From Candidatus Hydrogenedentota bacterium (GTDB lineage Bacteria; Hydrogenedentota; Hydrogenedentia; Hydrogenedentales; SLHB01), in contig BTVY01000022.1 of assembly GCA_045863335.1 (NCBI GenBank), positions 1 to 64,000 on the forward strand: 64,000 bases of DNA. Reading direction: 5' to 3'. Shown here piece by piece: positions 27,874 to 38,271 of the stretch. Position numbers and translations under genes: made by a program. The notes under the pieces were generated by a model that was given only the letters and a program-made list of their open reading frames with translations, ran no database searches and was not told where the DNA came from. The first letter of the stretch is position 1. Every line of letters starts with the position of its first letter.

Positions 27874-28980
27874 ATGGATGGTCCGCGCCGTTTACTTGCA
27901 CATGAGTTACCTGCCCTCGCCAGGCTCGTGGACACGGTATTCATGAACGGCACCGATGGCGCGATGTACCGCGCTTTCTCCACCCTCTTCAACGCGGCGA
28001 ACGCCGGCAATCTGCTCGTGTACTCGGATGGCGACCGCATCGTAAGCCACGTTGGCCGTACCGAGCGCTGGGCCAGTCTCGGCGGCTGCACGGTGCGCGT
28101 CGGTTGCGTGGGCGCGGTTGCGACCGACGATGCGTATCGCGGGCAAGGACTCGCCAGTAAACTCTTGTTTCAAGCCTGTGCCGAGGGCATGGCGGCTGGA
28201 GTTGACCTCTTCATGATATCCGGTGGACGCGGTTTGTACCGCAGGGCGGGCGCGACCGAGGTGGGGCTCGACTACAGGGCGACCGTGGAACTGGCGGCGG
28301 CGAGGGATTTGGTACTTGCCTCAGTCGCTATACGCCCGTTCGAGGACGGCGATCTGCCCATATGGATGGCGGCATATCAGCAGAAGCTCGCCCACTACGT
28401 CCGACCCTCAGAGGACTGGGAATGCGCGGTTCAGACCCGAATCTGTCAGACCTTCGATGCGGACTTCCTAACGATAACCAACGCCGGTGTGCCCTGCGGA
28501 TACGTTGTTTGCCGCGTATCTGAAGAAGACTGGTTGTGCCATATCATGGAGTACGCGGGCGACGCGCGGCTGGTGGCCGCCGCCCTGGCGCAGGTCGCGG
28601 AACGGCACGACGCGCACGCGTTGCGCCTTGTCATCCCGGGCACGGACCCCATCTTGTTCGCGTACTTGGAACGTGCCGGGATTGCATTGGAGCCGGTCCA
28701 CTCGTCCGGCACCTTGCTGATCGTGAACTTTCAACAACTGATCGATCGGCTCCGTCCATGGTTCGCCACGCGGGCTGGACTCGACGCGGCCGAACGCCTG
28801 GACGTTCAACGTGATGGGGACCGCTTCGTGTTCATCTGCGGTGATGCGTCCGTGGAATTGGAAAATCTCGCGGCGGCGACCGAGTTTCTCTTCGGTCATC
28901 ACGAACGGAATCGGCCATCCGGCGTGTTTGCGAAGATGTTCCCGGCACCCACGCTGCGGTATGGACTCAGCTTTATCTGA
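27874..28980 (+). CDS. GNAT N-acetyltransferase (Eis-like)
   Basis: GAVAT...RGQGLAS and GLYRRAG motifs. Confidence 0.8.
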   Translation: MDGPRRLLAHELPALARLVDTVFMNGTDGAMYRAFSTLFNAANAGNLLVYSDGDRIVSHVGRTERWASLGGCTVRVGCVGAVATDDAYRGQGLASKLLFQACAEGMAAGVDLFMISGGRGLYRRAGATEVGLDYRATVELAAARDLVLASVAIRPFEDGDLPIWMAAYQQKLAHYVRPSEDWECAVQTRICQTFDADFLTITNAGVPCGYVVCRVSEEDWLCHIMEYAGDARLVAAALAQVAERHDAHALRLVIPGTDPILFAYLERAGIALEPVHSSGTLLIVNFQQLIDRLRPWFATRAGLDAAERLDVQRDGDRFVFICGDASVELENLAAATEFLFGHHERNRPSGVFAKMFPAPTLRYGLSFI

Positions 28981-28986
28981 ATTCGG

Positions 28987-30411
28987 TCATTCCGCGAGGC
29001 GTATCAGCATGCGCACTGCCGCTTCGACGAGTTTCTCACCGCCGCCGGGTTGCACGCGGGAGTTCACGGTTTCGTAGCTGCCTTCCTCGAAGGCCTTTCG
29101 CGTGGGAACGTAGCCGCAATAGTCGTTGGCGAGCGTGATGATGAGCGTCGTTTGGAACGGCGAAGCCTCCTTGATCGCGAGGCCCAGGTCGACAAAGATC
29201 TCGCCTGGCAACCCCACGATGGCCACGTCCGGCCCCAGCCGGAACGCCTGGACGTCTACCGCGATCGCATCTTCGCCGCGCATTTCCGAATCGATGATCT
29301 TGTACAAGCGGACGCGTTCCAGAAATGGCACGCTGTCGTCAACAATCTTTGCGCGGTTGGCCAGCGCGTACGCGACTTCTTCCTCGGAATACTGCTGCAA
29401 TGGAAGGGCGACCGATTCCGTCTGCGCCGCGAAGGAGGGCTCCTTCACAGACGGTAATTCGTCGAGCGCTTCGGCCATGGTCGCGCCCAAAGCGTCGCCA
29501 ATACGTTTCGCTTCTTCGTGACCCTTCTGGGGAGTCTTCGTGCTCACGTCGATGTGGTTGATGTCACCGGCCGTGCCGATTGCGAAGATGGGAATCAGGT
29601 CTGCGTGCTCTTCACGGATTACGGATGCCATGTAGTAGGGGTAATCCGCGGCGTACTCGGTGCCGCCCACCGTATCCAGATGAAGTGCGAATGCCGTCAG
29701 TAATGCGTCCGGGCGTTCTTGATCCAGCGATTCGAACACAATCATCGGCACTGCCGGATCGGTCGGCCCCGCCGGGCGTACGATGTCGGGATTCTGCTTG
29801 CCCGGATTGAATCGTACGGGTCCTTCCTTCATGTGGAACCGCCGATTGAACGCCAGACCCTCTTGTGTGGCAACGCCCGCGCGAATCGCAACGGGAACGC
29901 GCGCCGATTCGGCTTGCTCGATCGCGGCAACAATGGCATCGGTCAACGTATCAATGTACGGCACCTCCTCGTGCGGGTCGGTGCCGTGTTCGGCGATTGC
30001 GAGTTCCTTGCAATAGGCGAAACGCGCGCCAAAGTAATCCGCGCCAGTGTGGGTGTGCGTGGCAGACACAAGGATGTTCTCCACCGGAATCCCCGTCTGA
30101 TCCGCGGCCCGCCTCCGCGCCGGTTGCGTCGCGTCAACGGGAACACCAACCAGTTCGCACACGACGATGGCGCCGCGTTCTTCGCCCTGCTGGAAGGCGA
30201 TTGCCCGCGCGTGCAGGGGATCGTGAACCGCCGTACTCAGCCGTTCATGGAAGTATCCGCTCATCCGGTTACCGACCGGCGGAGTAATGTCGATCTCCGC
30301 GACGCCGACGGTGAGCGGCTCGGCGAACGCCACGGCACAGCAGCACACAATCATTGCGCATCGAAATCGAATAATCGCCCGCAGCACAATTCTCCCCAGA
30401 TTCTGCAACAT
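28987..30411 (-). CDS. Neutral/alkaline ceramidase-like hydrolase
   Basis: DITPP, HDPLHARA, ATHTHTG, NRR, PGEIF and GYVPT...GSYE motifs. Confidence 0.8.
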   Translation of the reverse strand: MLQNLGRIVLRAIIRFRCAMIVCCCAVAFAEPLTVGVAEIDITPPVGNRMSGYFHERLSTAVHDPLHARAIAFQQGEERGAIVVCELVGVPVDATQPARRRAADQTGIPVENILVSATHTHTGADYFGARFAYCKELAIAEHGTDPHEEVPYIDTLTDAIVAAIEQAESARVPVAIRAGVATQEGLAFNRRFHMKEGPVRFNPGKQNPDIVRPAGPTDPAVPMIVFESLDQERPDALLTAFALHLDTVGGTEYAADYPYYMASVIREEHADLIPIFAIGTAGDINHIDVSTKTPQKGHEEAKRIGDALGATMAEALDELPSVKEPSFAAQTESVALPLQQYSEEEVAYALANRAKIVDDSVPFLERVRLYKIIDSEMRGEDAIAVDVQAFRLGPDVAIVGLPGEIFVDLGLAIKEASPFQTTLIITLANDYCGYVPTRKAFEEGSYETVNSRVQPGGGEKLVEAAVRMLIRLAE

Positions 30412-30413
30412 TT

Positions 30414-31553
30414 TTATCGCCGGTCCTTCTTGTCCTGAGTCTTGTCCTTGGTGTCCAGCGTAGTTCCCAGCCAGCCTCGCCGCCAGAAGAAATAGAGCTG
30501 CCCCAGCGCCATCGCCAGCATGATGAGAATCACCATGGGGTATCCAAACACCCAATTCAGTTCCGGCATGTTCCAGGGCGAGGTCTGCGTATTGAAGTTC
30601 ATCCCGTATAGACTCGTCACGAATGTGAGCGGAATGAAGATGGTCGCGATCACCGTCAAGACGCGCATGACTTCGTTCAACTTCGTGCTCAACGACGAGA
30701 GGTACACATCCATGAGATCCGAAACCAGTTCGCGATAGGCTTCCACGAGGTCCAGAATCTGAATGGTGTGATCGTAACAGTCGCGCAGATACACGCGCGT
30801 TTCCTGCGTGAAGTTCGATTCGCGGTCGCGCAACACCGAATTGATGGCCTCGCGCAGCGGCCAGATGGCGCGGCGCAACACCAGCAAATCGCGGCGCGCT
30901 TGATGGATCTCGCCGACGATTTGTTGGGTCGGCGCCTCCAAAACCTCGTCTTCCAATTCCTCCAGGTGGTCGCCGTAGGTTTCGATAATGGGAAAGTACG
31001 CGTCCACCAGCGCGTCAATCAGGCAGTAGGCCAGAAAGTCCGAGCCGTTGTTTCGCACCCGGCCATAACCCTTGCGAATGCGGTCGCGAACCGGTTCAAA
31101 GCAATCGCCCGCTTCGCGCTCCTGGAACGTCAGCAAATAGTCCTCGCCAAGGAACATGCTGATCTGTTCGGTGACGATCTCATCGGTCCGATACACCATG
31201 CGCGCCACGAAGAAGAGTTGCTCGCCATACTGATCGACCTTGGGCCGCTGATGAACGCCGACAACGTCCTCCAGCGCCAGCCGGTGCAACTCGAACATGG
31301 TGCCGAGCTGTTGCAGTACGTCCCGGTCGCCCAGGCCGTCCACGTTCACCCAGATCATGGGCCACTCTTCGACGAACTTGGGGATATCCTGGGGCCCCTC
31401 CACCTGTTGCTCCACGTATCCGGTCGGGCCGTACCCGAACACGGTAATCGTTGGCATGGGAGCGTCTGGATCTACTACCAGCGTCCCCGGCAAAGCGCCC
31501 GGAGGCGTCCGGGAGTGCTGGGTCGATGGATGATGTTCGTCTTCGGGCGTCAT
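30414..31553 (-). CDS. corA: Magnesium/cobalt transporter CorA
   Basis: LALED..QRPK, YLRDCYDH, YGMNF, MPEL. Confidence 0.95.
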   Translation of the reverse strand: MTPEDEHHPSTQHSRTPPGALPGTLVVDPDAPMPTITVFGYGPTGYVEQQVEGPQDIPKFVEEWPMIWVNVDGLGDRDVLQQLGTMFELHRLALEDVVGVHQRPKVDQYGEQLFFVARMVYRTDEIVTEQISMFLGEDYLLTFQEREAGDCFEPVRDRIRKGYGRVRNNGSDFLAYCLIDALVDAYFPIIETYGDHLEELEDEVLEAPTQQIVGEIHQARRDLLVLRRAIWPLREAINSVLRDRESNFTQETRVYLRDCYDHTIQILDLVEAYRELVSDLMDVYLSSLSTKLNEVMRVLTVIATIFIPLTFVTSLYGMNFNTQTSPWNMPELNWVFGYPMVILIMLAMALGQLYFFWRRGWLGTTLDTKDKTQDKKDRR

Positions 31554-31780
31554 CGCGTTGCAGATTCCTCCAATCGCCCGGAACTCGGCGACGTTCCAGT
31601 AGGGTAGCAAAGCTGCAACCCCTTGCGCACACTGCTTCGCAGCAAGTTTCGCCGCATCGGGCGCCGTGGTAGAATGAGCGAAGTCCCGGCCGAATCGCGC
31701 GAACTTTGTTTCGGCCAAGGGGTCTAAAGGATTGGCAATGGACACAGGCGCCCAAAGCGGCGCTGGAGCGAATACGACCG

Positions 31781-32383
31781 GTGGTTCTGCTGAAAGAAGC
31801 TCGCGGCCACTCCGACGCCGGCCTGGTTGAACAATGCCGGAACGGCGATTCGTCGGCCTTTGACGAGATCGTGCGGCGGTACAAGGATCGCGTGTACGCG
31901 GTCGTGTACCGCTTCCTGGGCAACCGGGAAGATGCGCTCGACGTGAGCCAGGAGGTGTTTGTGCGCGCCTATCGCGGAATCAACGAGTTTCGCGGCACCG
32001 CGCAGGTCTACACGTGGCTCTACAGCATCGCGGCGAATCTCGCCCGCAACCGGCTCCGTGACATGGGACGCAAGGGGCGCAATCGGGGCACTTCGCTGGA
32101 GGCGCTTCAAGCGGCCGCGCCCGGAATCGCCGACGCGGCGGCATCGGGATCGCTGACGCCGAGCGATGAGGCCATCGGATCGGAGACCGCGGAACTCTTG
32201 CAGCGGTGCCTGACCGAGTTGCCGGAGAACTATAGGATGGCCTTCATCCTTAGGACGACCGAAGATTTGAGTTACGAAGAGATCGCGGATGTGATGGGGT
32301 GCCCGGTCGGCACGGTGAAATCCCGGCTGAATCAGGCGCGCCAGATGCTGCGGGATCGATTACGGGAACTGGAGATATTGTAG
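31781..32383 (+). CDS. ECF sigma factor (RpoE-like); start uncertain
   Basis: DVSQEVF, TWLYSIA.N and SYEEIA...GTVKSRL motifs. Confidence 0.9.
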   Translation: MVLLKEARGHSDAGLVEQCRNGDSSAFDEIVRRYKDRVYAVVYRFLGNREDALDVSQEVFVRAYRGINEFRGTAQVYTWLYSIAANLARNRLRDMGRKGRNRGTSLEALQAAAPGIADAAASGSLTPSDEAIGSETAELLQRCLTELPENYRMAFILRTTEDLSYEEIADVMGCPVGTVKSRLNQARQMLRDRLRELEIL

Positions 32384-32450
32384 AACCGGGCTGAAGTCCC
32401 CGGCTCGCTGTACTTGAGGTAATCAAGAAAGATGTCGCGAAAACAAATAC

Positions 32451-32609
32451 ACATTCCCCTTGATCCCCCTTCAAAGGGGGAATTTCGCACAACGCTCCGC
32501 GTTGAGCTTTGGAACGGCCTAAACCTGTCCTCGCGACGCGCACTGATGCGTTTTGCAATTCACGTTGCTGAGCATAATTCCCCCTTTGAAGGGGGATCAA
32601 GGGGGATGT
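32451..32609. repeat. MITE/REP-like element with 34-bp terminal inverted repeats
   Basis: ACATTCCCCTTGATCCCCCTTCAAAGGGGGAATT and its inverse (33/34 identical), between the sigma and anti-sigma genes. Confidence 0.8.
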
Positions 32610-32692
32610 TCTTACAGAGAGCGGATTATGTTCAACGGTAACTGAATTGTTGGAAGTTGTGCCGAGGATTACCCGGAAGTTCGGATTACGAC

Positions 32693-33868
32693 ATGAATCG
32701 CGACGAAATCAGAGAGCGTTTCTCGCCCCTGCTGGACGGCGAACTCGGCCCCGAAGAACGGGCCGAGATCGAGGCCGCCCTGTCGGAGGACGCGGAACTG
32801 CTGCGCGAACTCGATGCCCTGAAACGGGTCGACCAGTTATACGCGAATCTTCCGCCCGTTTCCGCGCCGGAAGGTTTCGAGGATGGGGTCAAGACCGCGC
32901 TTCATCCCGCGACCCTGCAGTTCACGCGAGCCCGCGCCATGCGCCGCCGCTTGTGGCCCATGCTGGCCGCCGCGGCGGTATTTATCGTGTTCGGCGCCAT
33001 AGTGGTCGTCCAGATGAACCCGGACCGGGCGGCGACCATGCTCAGCAAGGGAATGCCAGATTACGCCGCGGAATCCGTTCCGCAGGCGGCGATGGAAAAG
33101 TCCGACGCAGCGGCGAGCCAGCAATTGCGCTCGCATGCGCCCTCGCCGGCAGTCGCCGATGAGGCGGTCCCTCAGTCCGCGCCGGTTGTGGAGTCGGAGA
33201 TGGATACCGAATCCGTGCAGGGACCCGGCGCAGTTTCGAGCGGCCCCGCGAACGGATACTTCCAGGGCCGGAGCTTGAGCGCGGAGAAAGGGGAACGTCC
33301 CGCGGCTTCACCGACGCAACCCGAACCAATGATAGCCGGAATGGAGGCCGGCCGTGTCGAAGCCGCCCCGCCTCCGCAACGGCAAGACGAGCAGGCGCGG
33401 CGCATAGCGCAACAGCAGGGTCGCATGGAGGCAGGCGAATCGGCTGCGACGGACGCCGGTGAATCGGAACCGCAACACTTCGGCGACAACGCAGCCGGCG
33501 CGATTGCCCCGCCCGCGGAGGCGCCGGCTCCGACGGCAATGCGGGGCCGCGACGCTGACGATTCAGGTGTCAAATCGCTCGCGGAGGAAGGCCTCGCCCG
33601 AGAAAAGCCGATGGTTGCCGAGGAATCGCTCATCGTCAACTCGCGCAAGGTCGCGGATCGTATGTTCCAACGGCGGGGCGAGGACTGGATTCAGGAAGAC
33701 TACAACGACGAATCGCTTACGACCGTCCGCCGCGAGTCGGAAGCCTGGAACGTTCTCGTTCGCAAAGAGTTCAATCTTGCCGCCGTCCTCGAACTCGAAG
33801 GCCGGGTAGTCTTCAAGCAGGGCGATATCTGGTACGAACTGCTTCCCGCTGAACCGGCATCCCGCTGA
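32693..33868 (+). CDS. Anti-sigma factor-like membrane protein
   Basis: SPLLDGEL N-terminus, one TM helix, long low-complexity periplasmic region. Follows the ECF sigma gene. Confidence 0.75.
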   Translation: MNRDEIRERFSPLLDGELGPEERAEIEAALSEDAELLRELDALKRVDQLYANLPPVSAPEGFEDGVKTALHPATLQFTRARAMRRRLWPMLAAAAVFIVFGAIVVVQMNPDRAATMLSKGMPDYAAESVPQAAMEKSDAAASQQLRSHAPSPAVADEAVPQSAPVVESEMDTESVQGPGAVSSGPANGYFQGRSLSAEKGERPAASPTQPEPMIAGMEAGRVEAAPPPQRQDEQARRIAQQQGRMEAGESAATDAGESEPQHFGDNAAGAIAPPAEAPAPTAMRGRDADDSGVKSLAEEGLAREKPMVAEESLIVNSRKVADRMFQRRGEDWIQEDYNDESLTTVRRESEAWNVLVRKEFNLAAVLELEGRVVFKQGDIWYELLPAEPASR

Positions 33869-33873
33869 TAAAG

Positions 33874-33952
33874 TTGTGGTGCAGGCTTCCAGCCTGCATC
33901 CTGAACGGGACGTGCTGCAAGAAAAAACGCAGGCTGGAAGCCTGCACCACAA
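33874..33952. repeat. REPIN-like inverted REP doublet (GTGG type)
   Basis: TTGTGGTGCAGGCTTCCAGCCTGC ... GCAGGCTGGAAGCCTGCACCACAA between convergent genes. Confidence 0.8.
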
Positions 33953-33986
33953 AAGGCCAGGCCGCTCGCACTTTCCGTACATGCTC

Positions 33987-35309
33987 TCAGACGGTCGCCT
34001 TCGAGCCCCGCTCCGCCAGCTCCCGCAGGTAATCCCACGAATAGATGCCGGTCGTGTGCGCGTCGCTCCAGGCAAAAGACACCGCGTAATTGCCCAACTG
34101 TTGCATGCTTTCGACGGAAATATCCCGCGGCACTTGTTCGGGGTCGAGCAGCTTTTCGCCCGTGTTCTCGTCCACGCACACCGCACACGGACACGCGCAG
34201 CGCACGGCGTACATGGAGAGCCCGGCGGTGTGGCCGTCGCTCCATTTTACCTGGATCGTGTCGCCAACCATCGCGACTTCCGGACGGTCCGGCGCTTCGA
34301 CGCGGCTCTTGCCGACCGCGCGATGGACCTGGTCCGCCATCTCCGCGATGGCCGGGATGTTCTTGCCGGAGTCCTTGTGGGCCAGGTCAGAGAGTCCGTC
34401 CATGATCGGCAGTTCCGCAAGCGTGGACAAACCGAACCGCTTCTGCAAGGAGCTTCGGCTGCTTCCGAAGGGGTAGTGCACCTTGCCACAATCGCCGCAC
34501 GTAAACGAGCACATGTTCTCAACCACGCCCAGCACGGGCACGTTGACTTTCTCAAACATGAGGATTCCACGCGCCACGTCAACCAACGACAACGCCTGCG
34601 GCGTGGTCACGATGATCGCGCCATCCAGCGCCGCCTGTTGCACCACCGTTAACTGAATGTCGCCCGTACCCGGAGGCAGGTCGATGATCAGGTAGTCCAA
34701 CTTTCCCCAGTCAGTCTGGTGAAGGATCTGTGTGATGTAGTTCGACACGATGGGTCCGCGCAACACCGCCGGCTGTTCACCGAGAAGGAATCCAAGCGAC
34801 ATGACCTTGAGCCCGTCGATGCGGACGGGCTGAATCTTGTTGTCCACCATCCCGACGGCGGGATGATACGCATTGAACAAGGTGGGGACCGAGGGTCCGT
34901 ACACATCGGCGTCCAGCAACCCCACAGCCAGCCCGCCCCGCTGCATGGCCCGGGCGAGATGGGCCGCCACGGTCGACTTGCCGACGCCGCCCTTGCACGA
35001 GGACACCGCGATGACCGCGTCGACCGTTTCCAGGGTATTGATGTTGCTCCCGGGCCGCGGCTTCCGTTCCATAGCGCTCATCTTCACATCGACGGAAGTA
35101 ACGCCTGGCAGCGCGGACACGGCCTCCACGCACTTCTGGCGAAACGTCTCCTTCACAGGGCATGCGGGCGTCGTCAGTTCCACCGTAAACGAAACTTTGC
35201 CGCCGTCAATAGCCAGATTCTTGATAAAGCCGAGCGACACGATATCTTTGCCCAGGTCCGGGTCGATGATGTGCCGCATGGAGTCCAGTACTTCTTTTTC
35301 CGTCGCCAT
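33987..35309 (-). CDS. mrp: Mrp/ApbC Fe-S carrier ATPase with N-terminal DUF59 and C-terminal DUF971 domains
   Basis: IDPDL..DIVSLG, KGGVGKST, DLPPGTGD, CPCAVC and GNYA...WSDAHTTGIY motifs. Confidence 0.9.
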   Translation of the reverse strand: MATEKEVLDSMRHIIDPDLGKDIVSLGFIKNLAIDGGKVSFTVELTTPACPVKETFRQKCVEAVSALPGVTSVDVKMSAMERKPRPGSNINTLETVDAVIAVSSCKGGVGKSTVAAHLARAMQRGGLAVGLLDADVYGPSVPTLFNAYHPAVGMVDNKIQPVRIDGLKVMSLGFLLGEQPAVLRGPIVSNYITQILHQTDWGKLDYLIIDLPPGTGDIQLTVVQQAALDGAIIVTTPQALSLVDVARGILMFEKVNVPVLGVVENMCSFTCGDCGKVHYPFGSSRSSLQKRFGLSTLAELPIMDGLSDLAHKDSGKNIPAIAEMADQVHRAVGKSRVEAPDRPEVAMVGDTIQVKWSDGHTAGLSMYAVRCACPCAVCVDENTGEKLLDPEQVPRDISVESMQQLGNYAVSFAWSDAHTTGIYSWDYLRELAERGSKATV

Positions 35310-35375
35310 TTGATTCCTCGATTCTCGTGAACGTCTCTTGAACATCGTTATCCGCCGCTGCTATCTTCCGCGGTC

Positions 35376-35732
35376 ATGAAACTAAAAGTCTACGTATACA
35401 AAAACTGTGACACCTGCCGGAAGGCGCTGAAGTTTCTCGATAAACATGGTATCGCCTACGAGGCAATTCCAATCCGGGAAACGCCGCCGGCTCCGGGGGA
35501 ACTGAGCCGCATGCTGCGAGCCCAATCGGGCAACCTGCGCAGTCTCTTCAACACGTCCGGCGGCGATTACAAAGCCTTGGGAATGAAAGACCGCCTCCCG
35601 TCGATGTCCGACAAAGAGGCCATCGCGCTCTTGGCGTCCAACGGCAACCTGGTCAAACGGCCCTTCGTCATCTCCCAGGAAGTCGCGCTCATCGGGTTCA
35701 ACGAAGAAACCTGGGAAACGGCCTTGCTCTAA
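35376..35732 (+). CDS. ArsC/Spx-family protein
   Basis: CDTCRKA, FNTSG..Y, LVKRP, IGF. Confidence 0.9.
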   Translation: MKLKVYVYKNCDTCRKALKFLDKHGIAYEAIPIRETPPAPGELSRMLRAQSGNLRSLFNTSGGDYKALGMKDRLPSMSDKEAIALLASNGNLVKRPFVISQEVALIGFNEETWETALL

Positions 35733-35762
35733 TCGCCGCGGCAAAATTCGCATACGGCATTC

Positions 35763-35850
35763 TGTAGCGTCCCGCCTTCCATGGCGGGCGTGGTTTTCCT
35801 CACAAAACTACGGCTTCAGGTCTCGCCCGGCATGGAAACCGGGCGCTACA
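35763..35850. repeat. REPIN-like doublet (GTAG type), copy 1
   Basis: TGTAGCGTCCCGCCTTCCATGGCGGG ... CCCGGCATGGAAACCGGGCGCTACA. Confidence 0.8.
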
Positions 35851-35880
35851 GGACCTCGCTGAGGGCTGCTGCCCGAACCG

Positions 35881-36216
35881 CTATCCCATGACCGGCTTCT
35901 GAAACTCCAATCCACAGTACAAACACTTCCAGTGCTTCGACGACGACACCCTCCCGCAAGACGGGCACTTCAGTGCTGTGTTCGTAATCTTCCCGTCCGC
36001 AACGCCGTCGCGCAGGTCGATTTCCTGGGCCTTCTGTTCCAAGTCCGCGTCGGTTAACTTCGCGCGCTCCCGGATCAACTCCCAGAGCGCCTGGTTCATT
36101 AACTGCAACCGCGCGACCTGATGTTCTAATTCCCGAACCCGTTGGCGGCTGTCGTCGCTGGCCGGACTGCCCGTGAAGTTCGGGCCGGGCGTCATATCCC
36201 CGTAAAACATTCCCAT
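35881..36216 (-). CDS. Hypothetical protein with C-terminal zinc ribbon
   Basis: Coiled coil, IDLRDG..DG, CPSCGR..CLYCG. Confidence 0.75.
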   Translation of the reverse strand: MGMFYGDMTPGPNFTGSPASDDSRQRVRELEHQVARLQLMNQALWELIRERAKLTDADLEQKAQEIDLRDGVADGKITNTALKCPSCGRVSSSKHWKCLYCGLEFQKPVMG

Positions 36217-36296
36217 GCCCGCGTCCCTCCCTTGGTTGGCGAGTGGCGTCATGTTTCGGATCCATTGTAGGATAGGCTGGAAGTTGCAGGCAACCC

Positions 36297-37433
36297 ATGG
36301 CAAACGACGATTCAATCGACATATCCGGTCCACCCTGGACGCGGGCGCGCGCTCATCTTGGCGTACGCGCAGGAGATCCGCGCCCGCTGGGTACCGGTAT
36401 CGCGAACGGTGTAAGAGGGCCGGCCTTCAGTCACAAGGGCCTTCTGCTCGAACAGTTGGCGAAGCATGCCTTTCGTCTGCCGTGGTGGTTGCGCACCGGC
36501 CACGGCCAAACGGTCTACGGACCAATCATCCGGAGGCGGCGCGCGCTTCCCGCGCGGCGGGTGAAGTGGGATACGCCCGATGGCGATTTTCTTCGTCTCC
36601 ATTTCAACGACGGGGAACCGGGGCGGCCAACAGTTCTGATGCTTCACGGGCTCGAAGGTTCTGCCCAGTCCAAGTATTTGCTGGGCCTCAACGCGCTCTT
36701 CAAAGCCATCGGTTGGACCTCCGTCACAATGGAATTCCGCGGATGCGGCGGCGAGATGAACCGCGCGCCGCGCCTGTACCACTCCGGTGAGACTACGGAC
36801 TTGGCCTGCGTGTTGGAGCGGCTGGTCAACGATGTGGGTCCGGTGTACGCCGTGGGTTTTTCGCTCGGAGGCAACGTGCTCGCGAAATGGCTTGGGGAGA
36901 GCGGGGAGCGCGCGGCCGGTTTCGTTCGCGCCGCGGCCATCGTATCCGCGCCCTACGACCTGACCATCTCCGGTCCCCATATCGACCGGGTAATGGGCGG
37001 CGTCTATGCGCGGCACTTTCTGCGGCCACTCATCGCCAAGGCCGTCGCCAAGGAGCGGCAGTATCCTGGAATCATCGACATCAATCGGGTCCGGCGCAGC
37101 CGCACGCTATGGGAGTTCGACGAGCACGCCACGGCCAGATTGCACGGGTTTTCCGGCGCCGACGAATACTGGGCCACGCAGGGCTGCGGCCAGTTTCTCG
37201 ACGGCGTTCGCGTCCCGACCATGCTGCTGTCGTCGGCGGACGACCCCTTCAACCCGGGTTCGACCCTTCCCCGCGCGGCGGTGGAACGTTCGCCCTGCCT
37301 GATTCCGCAATTCACCGCGTGCGGCGGCCACGTGGGTTTCGTGTATGGCGCAACACCTGCCCAAGCCCGTTACTGGGCGGAAGAACATGTCGTCCGCTTC
37401 TTTCAACATTACGAGGAACTGGAACGTGGGTGA
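36297..37433 (+). CDS. YheT-like alpha/beta hydrolase; start may be further downstream
   Basis: HGLEGS, RLYHSG, GFSLGG, DDPF and GGHVGF motifs. Confidence 0.9.
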   Translation: MANDDSIDISGPPWTRARAHLGVRAGDPRPLGTGIANGVRGPAFSHKGLLLEQLAKHAFRLPWWLRTGHGQTVYGPIIRRRRALPARRVKWDTPDGDFLRLHFNDGEPGRPTVLMLHGLEGSAQSKYLLGLNALFKAIGWTSVTMEFRGCGGEMNRAPRLYHSGETTDLACVLERLVNDVGPVYAVGFSLGGNVLAKWLGESGERAAGFVRAAAIVSAPYDLTISGPHIDRVMGGVYARHFLRPLIAKAVAKERQYPGIIDINRVRRSRTLWEFDEHATARLHGFSGADEYWATQGCGQFLDGVRVPTMLLSSADDPFNPGSTLPRAAVERSPCLIPQFTACGGHVGFVYGATPAQARYWAEEHVVRFFQHYEELERG

Positions 37434-37443
37434 CACACAACGC

Positions 37444-38268
37444 ATGCCAACCCTGAATCCGCCGAAGAGCAAGTTCGTGCAATACATTCTCAAATGCCTG
37501 CGGCGGACCATGGTCAAGTATCAATACAACTACGTGAATCATCTCGATCGCGAGGACCAGCAGATCGCGCTGATGAACTACGGCTATGTGCCGCTGGACG
37601 AAGACGACCGTGTGCCCGTGCTGGAAGATGTCGACGAGCGGGATCGCTGCGCGTTGCAGCTCTATCACGCGGTGGCCGGTGCCGTCGACTTGACCGGCAA
37701 AGACGTGCTCGAGATCGGCTGCGGACGCGGCGGCGGGGCTGCCTATATCGCCACACATTTGGGGCCGCGCTCCGTTCTCGCCGTGGACCTGTGCAAGAGC
37801 AGCGTCGCCTATTGTGACTCACGATACTCCATAGAAAACCTGCGCTTCGCACAAGGCGATGCGGAAGCGTTGACGTTGCCGGACGAGAGTTTTGACGCCA
37901 TCGTCAACGTCGAGTCTTCGCACTGCTACAACAAGATCGACGTGTTTCTCGCCGGGGTGTTTCGCGTGCTGCGTCCCGGAGGCCACTTCCTGTTCGCCGA
38001 CTTCCGCATTCAGGACGCGCTGACGCGGTTCGCCGAACGGTTAAACGAAACCGGATTCGAGATCGTCGAGAACGTCTCCATCAACGCCAACGTCTTCGCC
38101 GCCCTCGAACGCGAGAGCGACCGCAAGCGGGAGTACATCCTCTCCAAGGTCCCGCGCAGCCGTCATATCCAGTTCTTCATGTTCGCGGGCGTTGAAGGCA
38201 CGGAGATGTACAACGGTGTACGCGACGGCACGGTGCAGTACCGCCGCTTCGTCGCGCGCAAACCGTAG
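37444..38268 (+). CDS. Class I SAM-dependent methyltransferase (phthiotriol methyltransferase-like)
   Basis: MNYGY, QLYH, LEIGCGRGGG, NVESSHCY, RVLRPGG. Confidence 0.88.
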   Translation: MPTLNPPKSKFVQYILKCLRRTMVKYQYNYVNHLDREDQQIALMNYGYVPLDEDDRVPVLEDVDERDRCALQLYHAVAGAVDLTGKDVLEIGCGRGGGAAYIATHLGPRSVLAVDLCKSSVAYCDSRYSIENLRFAQGDAEALTLPDESFDAIVNVESSHCYNKIDVFLAGVFRVLRPGGHFLFADFRIQDALTRFAERLNETGFEIVENVSINANVFAALERESDRKREYILSKVPRSRHIQFFMFAGVEGTEMYNGVRDGTVQYRRFVARKP

Positions 38269-38271
38269 TTC

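Noticed and set aside
33987-35309. Mrp fused to DUF59 and DUF971 as a novelty
   Set aside because: This is a known architecture (HCF101-like).
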